Below, in pieces: positions 18,360 through 27,814 of a stretch of DNA of 64,000 nucleotides. The translations under genes and the position numbers were made by a program. Numbering within the stretch: position 1 is the first letter of the stretch; each line of letters opens with the position of its first letter. The stretch is from a virus (Duplodnaviria; Caudoviricetes): IMG/VR virus record IMGVR_UViG_3300028833_000077; one strand, written 5' to 3'. The notes beneath the pieces were generated by a model that searched no databases, was not told where the DNA came from, and saw only the letters and a list, made by a program, of their open reading frames with translations.

Positions 18360-19749
18360 ATGGCTGGTAAATTAGGTAAATTTCAAAAGCAGACATTTAG
18401 TTATTGGAAAGGCGATACATTGAAGAAGCACCACATGGGTGCCCTCTTCCTTCGTAAGCCTCAGATGGCAACTGACCTGATGGTTCAGCTGCTTGCCTGG
18501 CATAAAGGTAAGACACTGAACACATTCCTGTCACAGTTCCCCACAAAGACTTTTGACACGGATGATGAGTACACATGGCAGATCATTGGCAGTGCCCGTA
18601 GGAACTATGCACTGGTAGAGGCAAGGGACATTGATGGTAATGTCATTGATGAGAACTACCCCAACAATGTTGGTATTGGTGGTGAGCCATTCTACCTGGT
18701 GTTCAAGGAGGACTGGATTGGTGACTCCGAGATTGTGGTTGGTGAACTCAATGAGCTCTATCCCATGAGGCACCTTGAGGGCCATGGCCGCAATGAAGGC
18801 TCAAACACCGTGTACAGGGTTTCAGCCTGGGGTTCTGTCCGTGGTGGTATTCCTGTAGAGGAACTGCTTCCTGGCAAGAGGTTCTCAGTTGAGTATGCAC
18901 CTGTTGAGGGTGAGCTGTCTCGTAAGGCAGGTACCGTAAGGTTCTCTAGCCCCATCAGCATGCGTAATGAGTTCTCTCACATCCGTATCCACACCAAGGT
19001 ATCTGGTGCCCTCCTGAATGACAAGGTGGCATTTGGTGTACCTGTAGTCCGTGAGACTCCCAATGGAGGTAAGAAGGATGTGGTGGACATGTGGATGCAT
19101 GAGGTTCAGTGGCAGCTGGAGCAGCAGTGGGATGAGTACAAGAACTACATCCTTGCATTTGGCCGTAGCAACAGGGATGCCAATGGTGAGTACCATGACT
19201 TTGGTAAGTCAGGTGAGGCCATCCGCACTGGTGCAGGTTTGTATGAGCAGATGGAGTATGGTAACACAGACTTCTACAACACCTTCTCACTGAAGAGGTT
19301 GATGGAGAACATCTACAACATCAGCCGTGCAAACCTTGACTTCAATCAGCGTAACTTCATCATCAAGACTGGTGAGATGGGTGCTATCCAGTTCTCTAAG
19401 GCAGCTATGACTGAAGGTTCAGGTTGGAGTCCTATCACTTATGAGTACAGTGCCTCTGAGCTGGGCATCATGTCTCCCACCACAAGCAAGATGACTCCTC
19501 ATGGAGGCGCATTCAAGATGGTTGCTCCTCAGGTGACTGAGTTCATTGCTCCTAACGGTGCATATGTGAAGATTGATGTTGACAGCTACTATGATGATCC
19601 TGTCCGCAACAAGATTCAGCATCCTCTTGGAGGTCCTGCCATGTCTTACCGTTATGACATCTTTGACATTGGTACCATGGATCAGCCCAACATCTTCAAG
19701 TGTGCTGTCAAGGGTCAGGAAGGTGACTTTACGAGTTATGAGTGGGGAT
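18360..19749 (+). CDS. Major capsid protein, exon 1 (spliced product 512 aa)
   Basis: crAss-like MCP motifs (MRNEFS.IR, AIRTGAGL.EQ, YDDPVRNK..HP.GG.A.SYRYDI); strongly biased codons; interrupted after W-G. Confidence 0.9.
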
Positions 19750-20578
19750 TAGCGGCCTAGAGTGGCCTTTACGACATTTCTGAGTTCCCACCCTTCCTCA
19801 GGAACAGAATAAGGAAAATAAACGAGGTTAATTGCTGGAAGTTCCTTAGAGCTTCAAAAGGTTTTTACAAGGTTTCAAACATTTAAATATGGAAACAGAA
19901 GAGATTTGGAAAAGCTTACCCGAGTATGTTGGCATAGAGGTTAGCAACTTAGGCAGAGTAAGAAAGAACACAAGAAAACATCATAACGATGTAATCAGTG
20001 AGTTCTGTAAAGATAGAGATGGTTACTGTAGATGCACAGTATTCCTTCCAGACGGGAGAAAGACTTCAGCACCAGTACACAGGTTAGTAGCAAAAGCGTT
20101 CATTGACAATCCTGATAATAAGACCTGTGTAAACCATAAGGATAATGATAGGACAAACAATAGAGTTGAGAATCTAGAATGGGTGACACCAAAGGAAAAT
20201 GTCAGACATTCATTCTTGCATGGTAACAGAAAGGTACATAAGGAGGTTCCCACTAATACAGTGCTGACAGACTTCCAAGTGTTCCAAATAGACAAACTGA
20301 GAACCATATACTCAGTCAGTCAGATAGCCAAGCTGTTCAATATCAAATATACCACTCTAAAGAACATCATAAGAAAAGTAAAAACCAGAAGATTGGATAA
20401 CCAGCAGCCAAGCATATATCAAGATATATATGAAGGTTCAACGACTATCCCGGAAGGGAGTAAGGCTTAAGTAAGTCTGAAATGCCTCGCCTGCACAGAG
20501 TGCAGTGAAGATATAGTCTGAACTTCCATGAAAGTGGAAGAGAGTACATGGAAACGATGTATTCGCAACACATAAATG
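19750..20578 (+). mobile_element. Group I intron (829 nt) in the major capsid gene
   Basis: 5' exon ends in U and intron ends in G; core elements AATTGCTGGAA, AACCAGCAGCC, GTTCAACGACTA, AAGATATAGTCT; IGS 19776-19790 pairs with both exons. Confidence 0.92.
19889..20470 (+). CDS. Intron-encoded NUMOD4-HNH homing endonuclease
   Basis: EEIWKSL..VSNLGRVR; VHRLVAKAFI.NP..K.CVNHKD.DR.NNRVENLEWVT..EN; 3' end overlaps the ribozyme core. Confidence 0.9.
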   Translation: METEEIWKSLPEYVGIEVSNLGRVRKNTRKHHNDVISEFCKDRDGYCRCTVFLPDGRKTSAPVHRLVAKAFIDNPDNKTCVNHKDNDRTNNRVENLEWVTPKENVRHSFLHGNRKVHKEVPTNTVLTDFQVFQIDKLRTIYSVSQIAKLFNIKYTTLKNIIRKVKTRRLDNQQPSIYQDIYEGSTTIPEGSKA

Positions 20579-20727
20579 TCAGAAATCCATTTACAGGACA
20601 AATGGGCAATCCTAACATGAGTCACGATGAAGACTCCGCAACAATCCATAAGTTTACAACAACTGGTGTTTGCGTGTTAGACCCAACCAGAACGATGAGT
20701 TTCATCCCCAGTATCTTACAGGGATAG
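20579..20727 (+). CDS. Major capsid protein, exon 2 (absent from the ORF track)
   Basis: Encodes (F)RNPFTGQMGNPNMSHDEDSATIHKFTTTGVCVLDPTRTMSFIPSILQG*, in frame after splicing. Confidence 0.9.
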
Positions 20728-20735
20728 TAGAGGAA

Positions 20736-20782
20736 AAAGGAGATGGAGTGAGAGGAGTAACATCCTCTCCTCCAAAGCCTTT
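20736..20782 (+). terminator. Hairpin after the MCP gene
   Basis: GGAGTGAGAGGA / TCCTCTCCTCC stem with AAAGG/CCTTT closure. Confidence 0.55.
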
Positions 20783-20820
20783 AAAACAAACAGTAGACAA
20801 CTTTTAAGGAGAAGAAATAA

Positions 20821-21849
20821 ATGAGTAAGAGTAGAGTAGAAAAAGAAGAAGGTCAGATGGAATTGGATAACTTCACAATTGACACTACACCACAGCCAAG
20901 GGTCATACAGCCCAATCCGCAGTATGAGCCTGAGTACACCCCGAAGGCACCTGTCTTACAGGAGGAGCCTCAGGAGCTGGTCAACTGTCTCAGGAATGAG
21001 AGGGTTGAGGTGAAGTTCATTCCTAAGGAGAGTGGTCTTGTAACAGATCCCAACCATGTCCTGTCTGGCGGTATGTCAGAGAATGCCACAAGGAGCTATG
21101 TAGTTCCCAAGTTGGCTTCTACTGGTATGTACAAGAATGTCCTCACCAATGATGAGATGGCATATCTTGAGTATGTGATGGGCCTTGAGAAGGGCACCCT
21201 AAGTGTCTATAGGAGACGCGACAACTTCTGGGATGACAGCAATCCCAATGGTATAGGCAGGGTGACTCTCCACAAAAGAGGCAACTATCTTGATCTGAGT
21301 ACCCCATCGGACTACATCAAGTACAAGATACTGCTGGCCAACAAGAACTACATCTGTCCCTCTGTGAAGGAACTGGAGGAGAAGCCAAAGGCAACCTACC
21401 AGTATGTGATTGTATCAGAGGCAGCAGAGATGAAGAGTAACCTCAGCAAGGGTGATGCAACCATTGAGTGCTACACTGAGTATGGTGCCATCCGTAATGA
21501 TGCAGACAGGCTGAGGACCATTGTGGAACTGATGGAGAAGAGACCTACTGCCCCTAAGGTGAAGCTTGACTACCTCCAAGGCAAGGTCATGGAGTACATC
21601 CAGACAGACCCAAGGAAGACACTGAGGCTGCTTACAGACCCGCTTCTTCCTGCCAAGGTACTCATCAAGCTTGGTACTGAGAAGGGCATCTTAAGCTGGA
21701 GGAACAATCTCTATTACCTCCGTCAGGACAACAGTCCACTGTGTGAGATGGGTGAGGAGTCAACTCTCAACAATGCTGCAAGGTTCATCAGCAGTCCCAA
21801 GCACAGTGAGATAAAGTACCTCATAGAGGCAAAACTTAAAGAAGAATAA
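20821..21849 (+). CDS. Conserved crAss-like protein downstream of MCP
   Basis: NFWD...LDLS.P.DYIKYKILLAN pattern; synteny. Confidence 0.65.
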   Translation: MSKSRVEKEEGQMELDNFTIDTTPQPRVIQPNPQYEPEYTPKAPVLQEEPQELVNCLRNERVEVKFIPKESGLVTDPNHVLSGGMSENATRSYVVPKLASTGMYKNVLTNDEMAYLEYVMGLEKGTLSVYRRRDNFWDDSNPNGIGRVTLHKRGNYLDLSTPSDYIKYKILLANKNYICPSVKELEEKPKATYQYVIVSEAAEMKSNLSKGDATIECYTEYGAIRNDADRLRTIVELMEKRPTAPKVKLDYLQGKVMEYIQTDPRKTLRLLTDPLLPAKVLIKLGTEKGILSWRNNLYYLRQDNSPLCEMGEESTLNNAARFISSPKHSEIKYLIEAKLKEE

Positions 21850-21855
21850 TCAATC

Positions 21856-21883
21856 AGGTGGGGGAGTAATCCCCTGCCTATTT
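21856..21883 (+). terminator. Intergenic hairpin/terminator
   Basis: AGGTGGGGGA-GTAA-TCCCCTGCCT then ATTT. Confidence 0.6.
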
Positions 21884-21904
21884 AAAAGATAGGAGACAGT
21901 AAGA

Positions 21905-22657
21905 ATGGATTCCCAAGAGTGGCTTGACAGGTTCGACCTGCTTTACAATAACGTTACATCCAATCAGGCCCCTGGACTGACAGTCTGGGAGATAAGTGTA
22001 TTCTGCACCAAGGCTCAGGATGAGATTCTAAAGAATTACTTTCTTCCTCAGAGCAATCCCAAGCAGGCAGGCTATGATGACAATCAGAAGAGGCAGATAG
22101 ACTTCTCGTCTCTTACTGTGGCAGCAGAGATAACTAAGGGTGAACCTCCTCTATTTGATAAAAGGACTAATACGCAGAGTATTACTCTTCCTGAGGATAT
22201 AATGGTGATTATCAATGAGATGACTAATGTCCTCAGGAATGGTGCTATAGTTCCTTTGGTGACTGTCCCCATTAAGTATGATGAGTATGCAAGGCGAATG
22301 AGCAAGCCTTTCAAGCGTCCTGTAAAGAATCAGGCATGGAGACTTATTATCCATGATACAAAGAATAAGGCAGACCTGATTATAGGACCTAGTGATGTCT
22401 TCAAATCCTATGACATTAGATACGTCAAACAGCCAAAGCCCATCATTCTTGACAACCTTGATGGACTGACTATCAATGGCTATGAGTTTGATGGTCCTGG
22501 TGCTACTGGTTCCAAGAGAGCAAAAGGATGTGAGCTTGACCCTATGCTTCATGAGGAGATTCTCCAGAGGGCTGTAGAGCTTGCCAAAGTAGCATGGACG
22601 GCTACTGGCAATGACAACATCCAGGCTGTCATCCAAGCAGGCCAGAGGAGTGAATAA
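21905..22657 (+). CDS. Tail ring / head-tail connector protein (paralog 1)
   Basis: EIS.F.TKAQ, RQIDFSSL, YVKQP.PIIL..L, CELDP.LHEEILQRAV. Confidence 0.7.
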   Translation: MDSQEWLDRFDLLYNNVTSNQAPGLTVWEISVFCTKAQDEILKNYFLPQSNPKQAGYDDNQKRQIDFSSLTVAAEITKGEPPLFDKRTNTQSITLPEDIMVIINEMTNVLRNGAIVPLVTVPIKYDEYARRMSKPFKRPVKNQAWRLIIHDTKNKADLIIGPSDVFKSYDIRYVKQPKPIILDNLDGLTINGYEFDGPGATGSKRAKGCELDPMLHEEILQRAVELAKVAWTATGNDNIQAVIQAGQRSE

Positions 22658-22689
22658 TATTGTTTAATTAAATACTAGGAGGATAATAA

Positions 22690-23526
22690 ATGACCATTTC
22701 GGAATTTTCTGACAGCTTCGATTCATTGCTCAATAGTTATGCATCACAAGCTATGTTCGGTAAGGAAGCCTCTCAGAACGAGATAGTCCTTGACGAATAT
22801 GAGAAGTCTGTCATTCTGACTCAGTCTCAGGATATTGTCGTCAAGAGCCTTTTCAGTGAGAAGACCAACAGTGTGGGTGAGGGCTTTGATGACTCCACCA
22901 GAAGGCAGATAGACTTCAGTTCCCTCATCACTACGGCTGACCTTAAGAGGGCAGATGACCAATCATCAGTCTATGATGACAGGGGTATCCTCTACCTGAT
23001 GCCTCTTAGGAGTGACAGTGAGGATGCCATCAATGTGTTTGACTACACCTATGATGAGACATTCCATCCGACAGGCAAGGGTACACCTATTACTGATGTG
23101 TTGTTCATCTTGAATGAGAAGCTGATTACTTCCTGCAATGGACTGAGGAAGACCTATGTGGTCATTCCCATCAACTATAAGGAGTATGACAGAATCATGT
23201 CAAAACCTTATGCCCAGCCTCTCAAGAAGCAGGCATGGAGACTCCTTCAGAACAATGCCAGAGGGTTTGACCTGAAGACAGAGCTCATTCCCAGATGGAA
23301 CCTTGTAGGAGGTGAGACCATTCAGGCATACAGGATCAGGTATATCAGGAGACCTTATCCCATCATCCTTACGGACCTGCCAGACGGTCTTAACATTGAT
23401 GGATTCACGAAGGCTAAGGAGTGTGAGTTGAACCCCATTCTCCATCCTGAGATTGTCCAGAAGGCAGTGGAGATAGCAGCCAGCACAAGAGGTCTTGTAA
23501 GGCCTTCAGAGAGACAGCAGTCATAA
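22690..23526 (+). CDS. Tail ring protein (paralog 2)
   Basis: EYEKS..LTQSQ, RQIDFSSL, YIRRP.PIIL.DL, CELNP.LH.EIVQKAV. Confidence 0.7.
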   Translation: MTISEFSDSFDSLLNSYASQAMFGKEASQNEIVLDEYEKSVILTQSQDIVVKSLFSEKTNSVGEGFDDSTRRQIDFSSLITTADLKRADDQSSVYDDRGILYLMPLRSDSEDAINVFDYTYDETFHPTGKGTPITDVLFILNEKLITSCNGLRKTYVVIPINYKEYDRIMSKPYAQPLKKQAWRLLQNNARGFDLKTELIPRWNLVGGETIQAYRIRYIRRPYPIILTDLPDGLNIDGFTKAKECELNPILHPEIVQKAVEIAASTRGLVRPSERQQS

Positions 23527-23549
23527 ACTAATAATAGGAGGGCAGCAAA

Positions 23550-24272
23550 TTGAGTATTGATGAAATGAGTGATGGGTTCTCTACCCTTGTGAATTCGTAC
23601 CACAGGTTCAAGGATTTTGACCGTCAGGAGATACTCGACAGCATTGAGTTTGATGAGTATGAGAAATCACTCTACCTGACCAAGTCCCAAGATGACCTTG
23701 TGCTTGCTCTCTATACAGGCAAGAATACCTTTGGTGATACCTTTGAGGGTACTGAGGAGATGCGCAGGCACCTTTCCAGTGTAGTCAAGGAGGCAAGACT
23801 TGAGCCTATAGTCACTTCCAATGGTATGCCTCTTGGCATGGAGAGCAGCTCAAAGTTCTTCACACTGCCTGATGACTTGTGGTTCATCACCTATGAGTGT
23901 GCAGCCATTGCAGATACCAGCTGTGAGAGCCTGATTAATCAGGATGTATTGCCAGTCAAGCAGGATGAGTACCACAAGATAAAGAGGGATCCCTTCAGAG
24001 GTGCCAATGGCAGGAGGGTGCTGAGGCTTGACCTTGCAGACAATGTGATAGAGCTTGTCTCCAAGACACCAGTAGCCAGCTACTACATCAGGTACATCAA
24101 GCTGCTGAGTCCCATCATCCTTGAGGATCTGCCTCCTGGGCTGACCATTCGCCACAAGAGTGAGAGGACTCCCTGTGAACTCCATGAGGGATTGCATGAG
24201 AAGATACTGGAGCATGCAGTAATGCTTGCTCTTCAGAGTAAAGGATACAACACAAAAAATGAGAATAAGTAA
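23550..24272 (+). CDS. Tail ring protein (paralog 3), TTG start
   Basis: EYEKSLYLTKSQ, YIK...PIILEDL, CELHE.LHEKILEHAV. Confidence 0.7.
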   Translation: MSIDEMSDGFSTLVNSYHRFKDFDRQEILDSIEFDEYEKSLYLTKSQDDLVLALYTGKNTFGDTFEGTEEMRRHLSSVVKEARLEPIVTSNGMPLGMESSSKFFTLPDDLWFITYECAAIADTSCESLINQDVLPVKQDEYHKIKRDPFRGANGRRVLRLDLADNVIELVSKTPVASYYIRYIKLLSPIILEDLPPGLTIRHKSERTPCELHEGLHEKILEHAVMLALQSKGYNTKNENK

Positions 24273-24326
24273 CGCTGATGGTATGCCATGACCTGATGCT
24301 ATGTTTAATTTAATTGATTTACACTT

Positions 24327-25286
24327 ATGGCAGTTTATTCAACCAACCAGAACAGACATTTGTTTGTAGCCAAGTCCTACAAGGCAACTGTTGATGAAAC
24401 CTCCGATGTAGGTACAATAGGTGGTGTCAAGGTGGTAGACGGAGGTCTTGACAAGGAATTGTACTTTATGTATCGTGGTGTTGATGGCATCATGAAGAGT
24501 GATAGGATTCAGCTGAAGAACTTCAACTATGCGAAGGCCATTGCAGCTGGGGATCTCCAGATTCCCATGAAGAGGGTTGAGGTAACACTTGACTCTGAGG
24601 TGAATGGTGGCAATCCTGTTGCTTCACAGGACTACATCCTGAGGATTGAGTTCCGCAACTGGTGTGGTGCTGGTGATGATGTTCGCTACTTCAAGGACGG
24701 TGCAGTTCATGCCACATCAGCAACTACTCCTGCAGAGTTCTACAAGTGCATGAAGCAGTCACTGGACAATGCATTCTCCCGTGAGCCCTATGCCACAAGG
24801 GATTCCAATCCTTATCTGGCATTCATCCTTGACGATGAGGACAACCCCACCAAGCTGATTATCGAGGAGAAGCCCCAGCCTTGGGTGCTCGGTACAGAGC
24901 AGCAGGAGAGGGTTTACTTTGAGGTACAGCCCACGACCATCTACACTGCAGGTGATGACTTCATCTGGGGTAAGGCAGAGGTTGTTGCTCCTGTGACCAA
25001 GATTGGCAACGGCAAGCAGATTGCAGACCTTGAGTGGTTCTGCATGGGTGAGCGTGGTGACCAGTACAGGATGAAAGGATGGCCTAACTACATTGCCACT
25101 GCCTATCTGGTAGATCCCTCCAAGGAGTACAATGTGCTGGAACTGCACTTTGCCTTCACTGATGAGGGTGTAAGCAGCTACCGCAGTGAGAAGGACATCA
25201 CCATTGTGTCTGATGATGCCTCAGTGCTCAACAGTCTCATCGGTGCCATCAACACTGCTGCAGGCGTTAATATTGGGACTCTCTAA
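24327..25286 (+). CDS. Probable auxiliary capsid (decoration) protein
   Basis: MAVYSTNQNRHLFV...IADLEWFCMGERGDQYR; synteny after ring genes; MCP-like codon bias. Confidence 0.6.
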   Translation: MAVYSTNQNRHLFVAKSYKATVDETSDVGTIGGVKVVDGGLDKELYFMYRGVDGIMKSDRIQLKNFNYAKAIAAGDLQIPMKRVEVTLDSEVNGGNPVASQDYILRIEFRNWCGAGDDVRYFKDGAVHATSATTPAEFYKCMKQSLDNAFSREPYATRDSNPYLAFILDDEDNPTKLIIEEKPQPWVLGTEQQERVYFEVQPTTIYTAGDDFIWGKAEVVAPVTKIGNGKQIADLEWFCMGERGDQYRMKGWPNYIATAYLVDPSKEYNVLELHFAFTDEGVSSYRSEKDITIVSDDASVLNSLIGAINTAAGVNIGTL

Positions 25287-25291
25287 CTGAC

Positions 25292-25323
25292 AGGGGGAGG
25301 GAAACTCCTTCCCCCTTCATTTA
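25292..25323 (+). terminator. Intrinsic terminator
   Basis: GGGGGAGGGA...TCCTTCCCCC stem then TTCATTT. Confidence 0.6.
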
Positions 25324-25345
25324 TTAACAGTCAAACACACATAGA

Positions 25346-25693
25346 ATGCGAGTAATCAACTATATAGTACTATCCCCTACAGAGCCTTCCCAGACAGATG
25401 TCTTGTGGGTCAAGCCTATGGGAGGAGGTGTAGTGTTCTATCTGTTTGATGGAACGTGGAAGCCACTGAAGGTTGTTGACAGCAAGGGTACTCCCAATAC
25501 AAGTGATGACACCATATGGGAAGGTGGCAGCAGTGGTGGAGGACAGCTTGGTCCCAACACAGTAGGCTCTGAGGAAATCATCAATGGAAGTGTGGGGCTC
25601 CAGGACCTCAACAAGGAGGTTACTGACAGGCTTGAGCATTCCTATGATGATGACAATGAAGCATTGTATCTTGACGGAACAAAACCACAATAA
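25346..25693 (+). CDS. Small putative head/tail fibre-associated protein
   Basis: SPTEP....LWVKP..G...FDG.WK; NTVGSEEIINGSV repeat motif. Confidence 0.5.
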   Translation: MRVINYIVLSPTEPSQTDVLWVKPMGGGVVFYLFDGTWKPLKVVDSKGTPNTSDDTIWEGGSSGGGQLGPNTVGSEEIINGSVGLQDLNKEVTDRLEHSYDDDNEALYLDGTKPQ

Positions 25694-25696
25694 TAT

Positions 25697-25927
25697 ATGG
25701 CAAAGACATCATTGCAGGACTATGAGTTCCTCCAGTGTGAGGATGGACTTTACTTCGGTAGGGCACTGAAGAATGGGTGCATCTCAAAGGATGCCCGTAA
25801 GCTCACTGAAGGAGAAATGGTGCAGATTCTCTCTGAGTTTGTGCAGGACTACTGTCTGAGGAATCAGAAGCCTCTCATACTGGAGAGGAATGGCAAGCCC
25901 TTCATAGAGGCCTATATAATCGTCTAG
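25697..25927 (+). CDS. Hypothetical protein
   Basis: 76-aa coupled ORF. Confidence 0.6.
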   Translation: MAKTSLQDYEFLQCEDGLYFGRALKNGCISKDARKLTEGEMVQILSEFVQDYCLRNQKPLILERNGKPFIEAYIIV

Positions 25928-25981
25928 TATAATCTAAGGATAACATTCTTTTATTTTTTAACCATTTAATTTTTTACTATT

Positions 25982-26941
25982 ATGGCAGATAAGAAGTACA
26001 TTAGTAAGATTGTCAAGGGTTCAGATACCCTGTTTATCAAGGATGCCGAGGCCCAGCAGGACATTCTGGACATCAAGTCGTCAATCACTGGTGCCATGCA
26101 CTATGCTGGTATCACCACTACTGCTTTGGCAGAGGGTAGTACCACCAACCCCATCGTCATTGGTGGTGAGAACTATACCGCCAAGTCTGGTGATGTGGCC
26201 ATCTATGGTGAGCTTGAGTTTGTCTTCAATGGCACCAAGTGGCAGGAGTTCGGTTCTACTGGTTCACTGAAGGCCCTTGCTTTCAAGGACAGTGCCAGTG
26301 GCTCATTCACACCTGCTGGTACCAATGCACCCTCTGCTGTGACCTTCACTGGTCAGGCAAGCTCTGCATTCGTTACTGGTTACAATAATGATGCTGTTGC
26401 TCCCAGCAAGGCAGCTGACACCTTTGATGCAGGTTCACTCCCCAGCTTCACTGAGGGAACTTTCACTGCAGCTTCTCTTGGCGAGGGCTTCTACACTCCT
26501 GGTACAGCTCCCTCATTTGTTGAAGGTGCTTTCTCTCAGGGTACGCTCCCCTCACTGGGTGAGGCTACAACCAGCAACTTCGCTACTGAAGGTGAGGTTT
26601 CCACCTACACTGAGGCTACTGAGACCCTGACTCTGGCTGCTGCCGGCACATCTGCTGCTGTTACAGCTCAGGGTGCATTCTCTGCTGGTTCACTGCCCTC
26701 TAAGGCTGCTGACACATGGAACGCAGGTTCTATGGCTGCTATTGACACTACCAAGTTCAATGGTGGTTCCAAGGCTGCCGATACTTGGAGTGCAGGTTCT
26801 CTGCCCAGCTATACCGAGGGTGCATTCAGTGCAGGTTCTGCTGCTACTCTGGCTACTGCCAATGCTGTTACGGCTGTTGGTACTGCCGAGGCTGCTGCCC
26901 AGGTATTCTCTGGTACCACAGACACCATTACTGTGGAATAG
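25982..26941 (+). CDS. Putative fibre protein with (F/W)xAG(S/T)LPS repeats
   Basis: Repeats FDAGSLPS, FSQGTLPS, FSAGSLPS, WSAGSLPS and KAADT; strong codon bias. Confidence 0.65.
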   Translation: MADKKYISKIVKGSDTLFIKDAEAQQDILDIKSSITGAMHYAGITTTALAEGSTTNPIVIGGENYTAKSGDVAIYGELEFVFNGTKWQEFGSTGSLKALAFKDSASGSFTPAGTNAPSAVTFTGQASSAFVTGYNNDAVAPSKAADTFDAGSLPSFTEGTFTAASLGEGFYTPGTAPSFVEGAFSQGTLPSLGEATTSNFATEGEVSTYTEATETLTLAAAGTSAAVTAQGAFSAGSLPSKAADTWNAGSMAAIDTTKFNGGSKAADTWSAGSLPSYTEGAFSAGSAATLATANAVTAVGTAEAAAQVFSGTTDTITVE

Positions 26942-26957
26942 TCAGTATCGTATTAGG

Positions 26958-26995
26958 AAAGGGAGGGGTGCAAAAATCCTCCCTCTCCCTTTTTT
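26958..26995 (+). terminator. Intrinsic terminator
   Basis: AAAGGGAGGGG...CCCTCTCCCTTT then T-run. Confidence 0.75.
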
Positions 26996-27026
26996 CATTT
27001 CTTAGTATTATAAACAGCAGAGGATT

Positions 27027-27809
27027 ATGGCCGATAACAATAGGAAATACATTTCAATCATAAACAAGGGAGGCGATGACATCTATATCAAGGATGTGGA
27101 GGCCAGAGAAGCCATCTCTCAGATAAGTGGCACTGGCAAGGCAGACAAGGTCACAGGTGCCACAGCAGGAGACTACGCAGCCCTTGACTCCAGTGGTAAT
27201 CTTACAGACAGTGGGTACAGTCCCAGTGACCATCCCACATTCACAGAGACAGCCTCACAGGTATCAGCATTGGATGCAACCCTTGTCACTGATGCACTCA
27301 GGAAGACCGCACAGACACTGACATCAGCCGAGAAGGCACAGGTGAGGACCAATCTCGGACTGGACTCCCTTTATCTCAGTACCAATGCGGCAAGCTCCTT
27401 TGTCAGTACAGGCCAGCAGACACTCACTTCAGCTGAGTTGGCTCAGATAAGGACTAACCTCGGGCTGGATTCAGTATATCTTCCACAGTCAGCAGCTGAT
27501 GATTATCTCCTCAAGGGACAGCAGACATTGACATCTGCTGAGATTGCCCAGATAAAGGAGAACCTTGGTCTTGACAGTTCCTACTTGAAGACAGGCACAC
27601 AGAACCTCTCCTCAGTGCAGAAGGCTCAGGTGAAGGCCAACCTTGACATCACTGATGCACAGCTTGCAGGAAATGCCACAGGACCCATCATTGCCCAGAG
27701 CAATACAAGCTACACTACTGCACAGGTCAGGAATATAGTCCTTTCCACCAGTGAGCCCACAAGCTCAGATGGCAACAATGGAGATATCTGGATTGTTTAT
27801 GAAGCATAA
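27027..27809 (+). CDS. Putative fibre protein with 4 QTLTSAE.AQ...NLG repeats
   Basis: Four copies of Q.L.S.(E/Q).AQ(V/I)..NL; N-terminus paralogous to the 25982 protein; C-terminal P....G.NGDIW motif. Confidence 0.65.
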   Translation: MADNNRKYISIINKGGDDIYIKDVEAREAISQISGTGKADKVTGATAGDYAALDSSGNLTDSGYSPSDHPTFTETASQVSALDATLVTDALRKTAQTLTSAEKAQVRTNLGLDSLYLSTNAASSFVSTGQQTLTSAELAQIRTNLGLDSVYLPQSAADDYLLKGQQTLTSAEIAQIKENLGLDSSYLKTGTQNLSSVQKAQVKANLDITDAQLAGNATGPIIAQSNTSYTTAQVRNIVLSTSEPTSSDGNNGDIWIVYEA

Positions 27810-27814
27810 CCACT

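Noticed and set aside
17731-18396. 221-aa minus-strand ORF and the many similar antisense ORFs in the track
   Set aside because: Shadows of strongly codon-biased sense genes; no independent signals
18360-19760. Truncated or pseudogenised major capsid gene
   Set aside because: Explained by a group I intron; exon 2 restores the C-terminus
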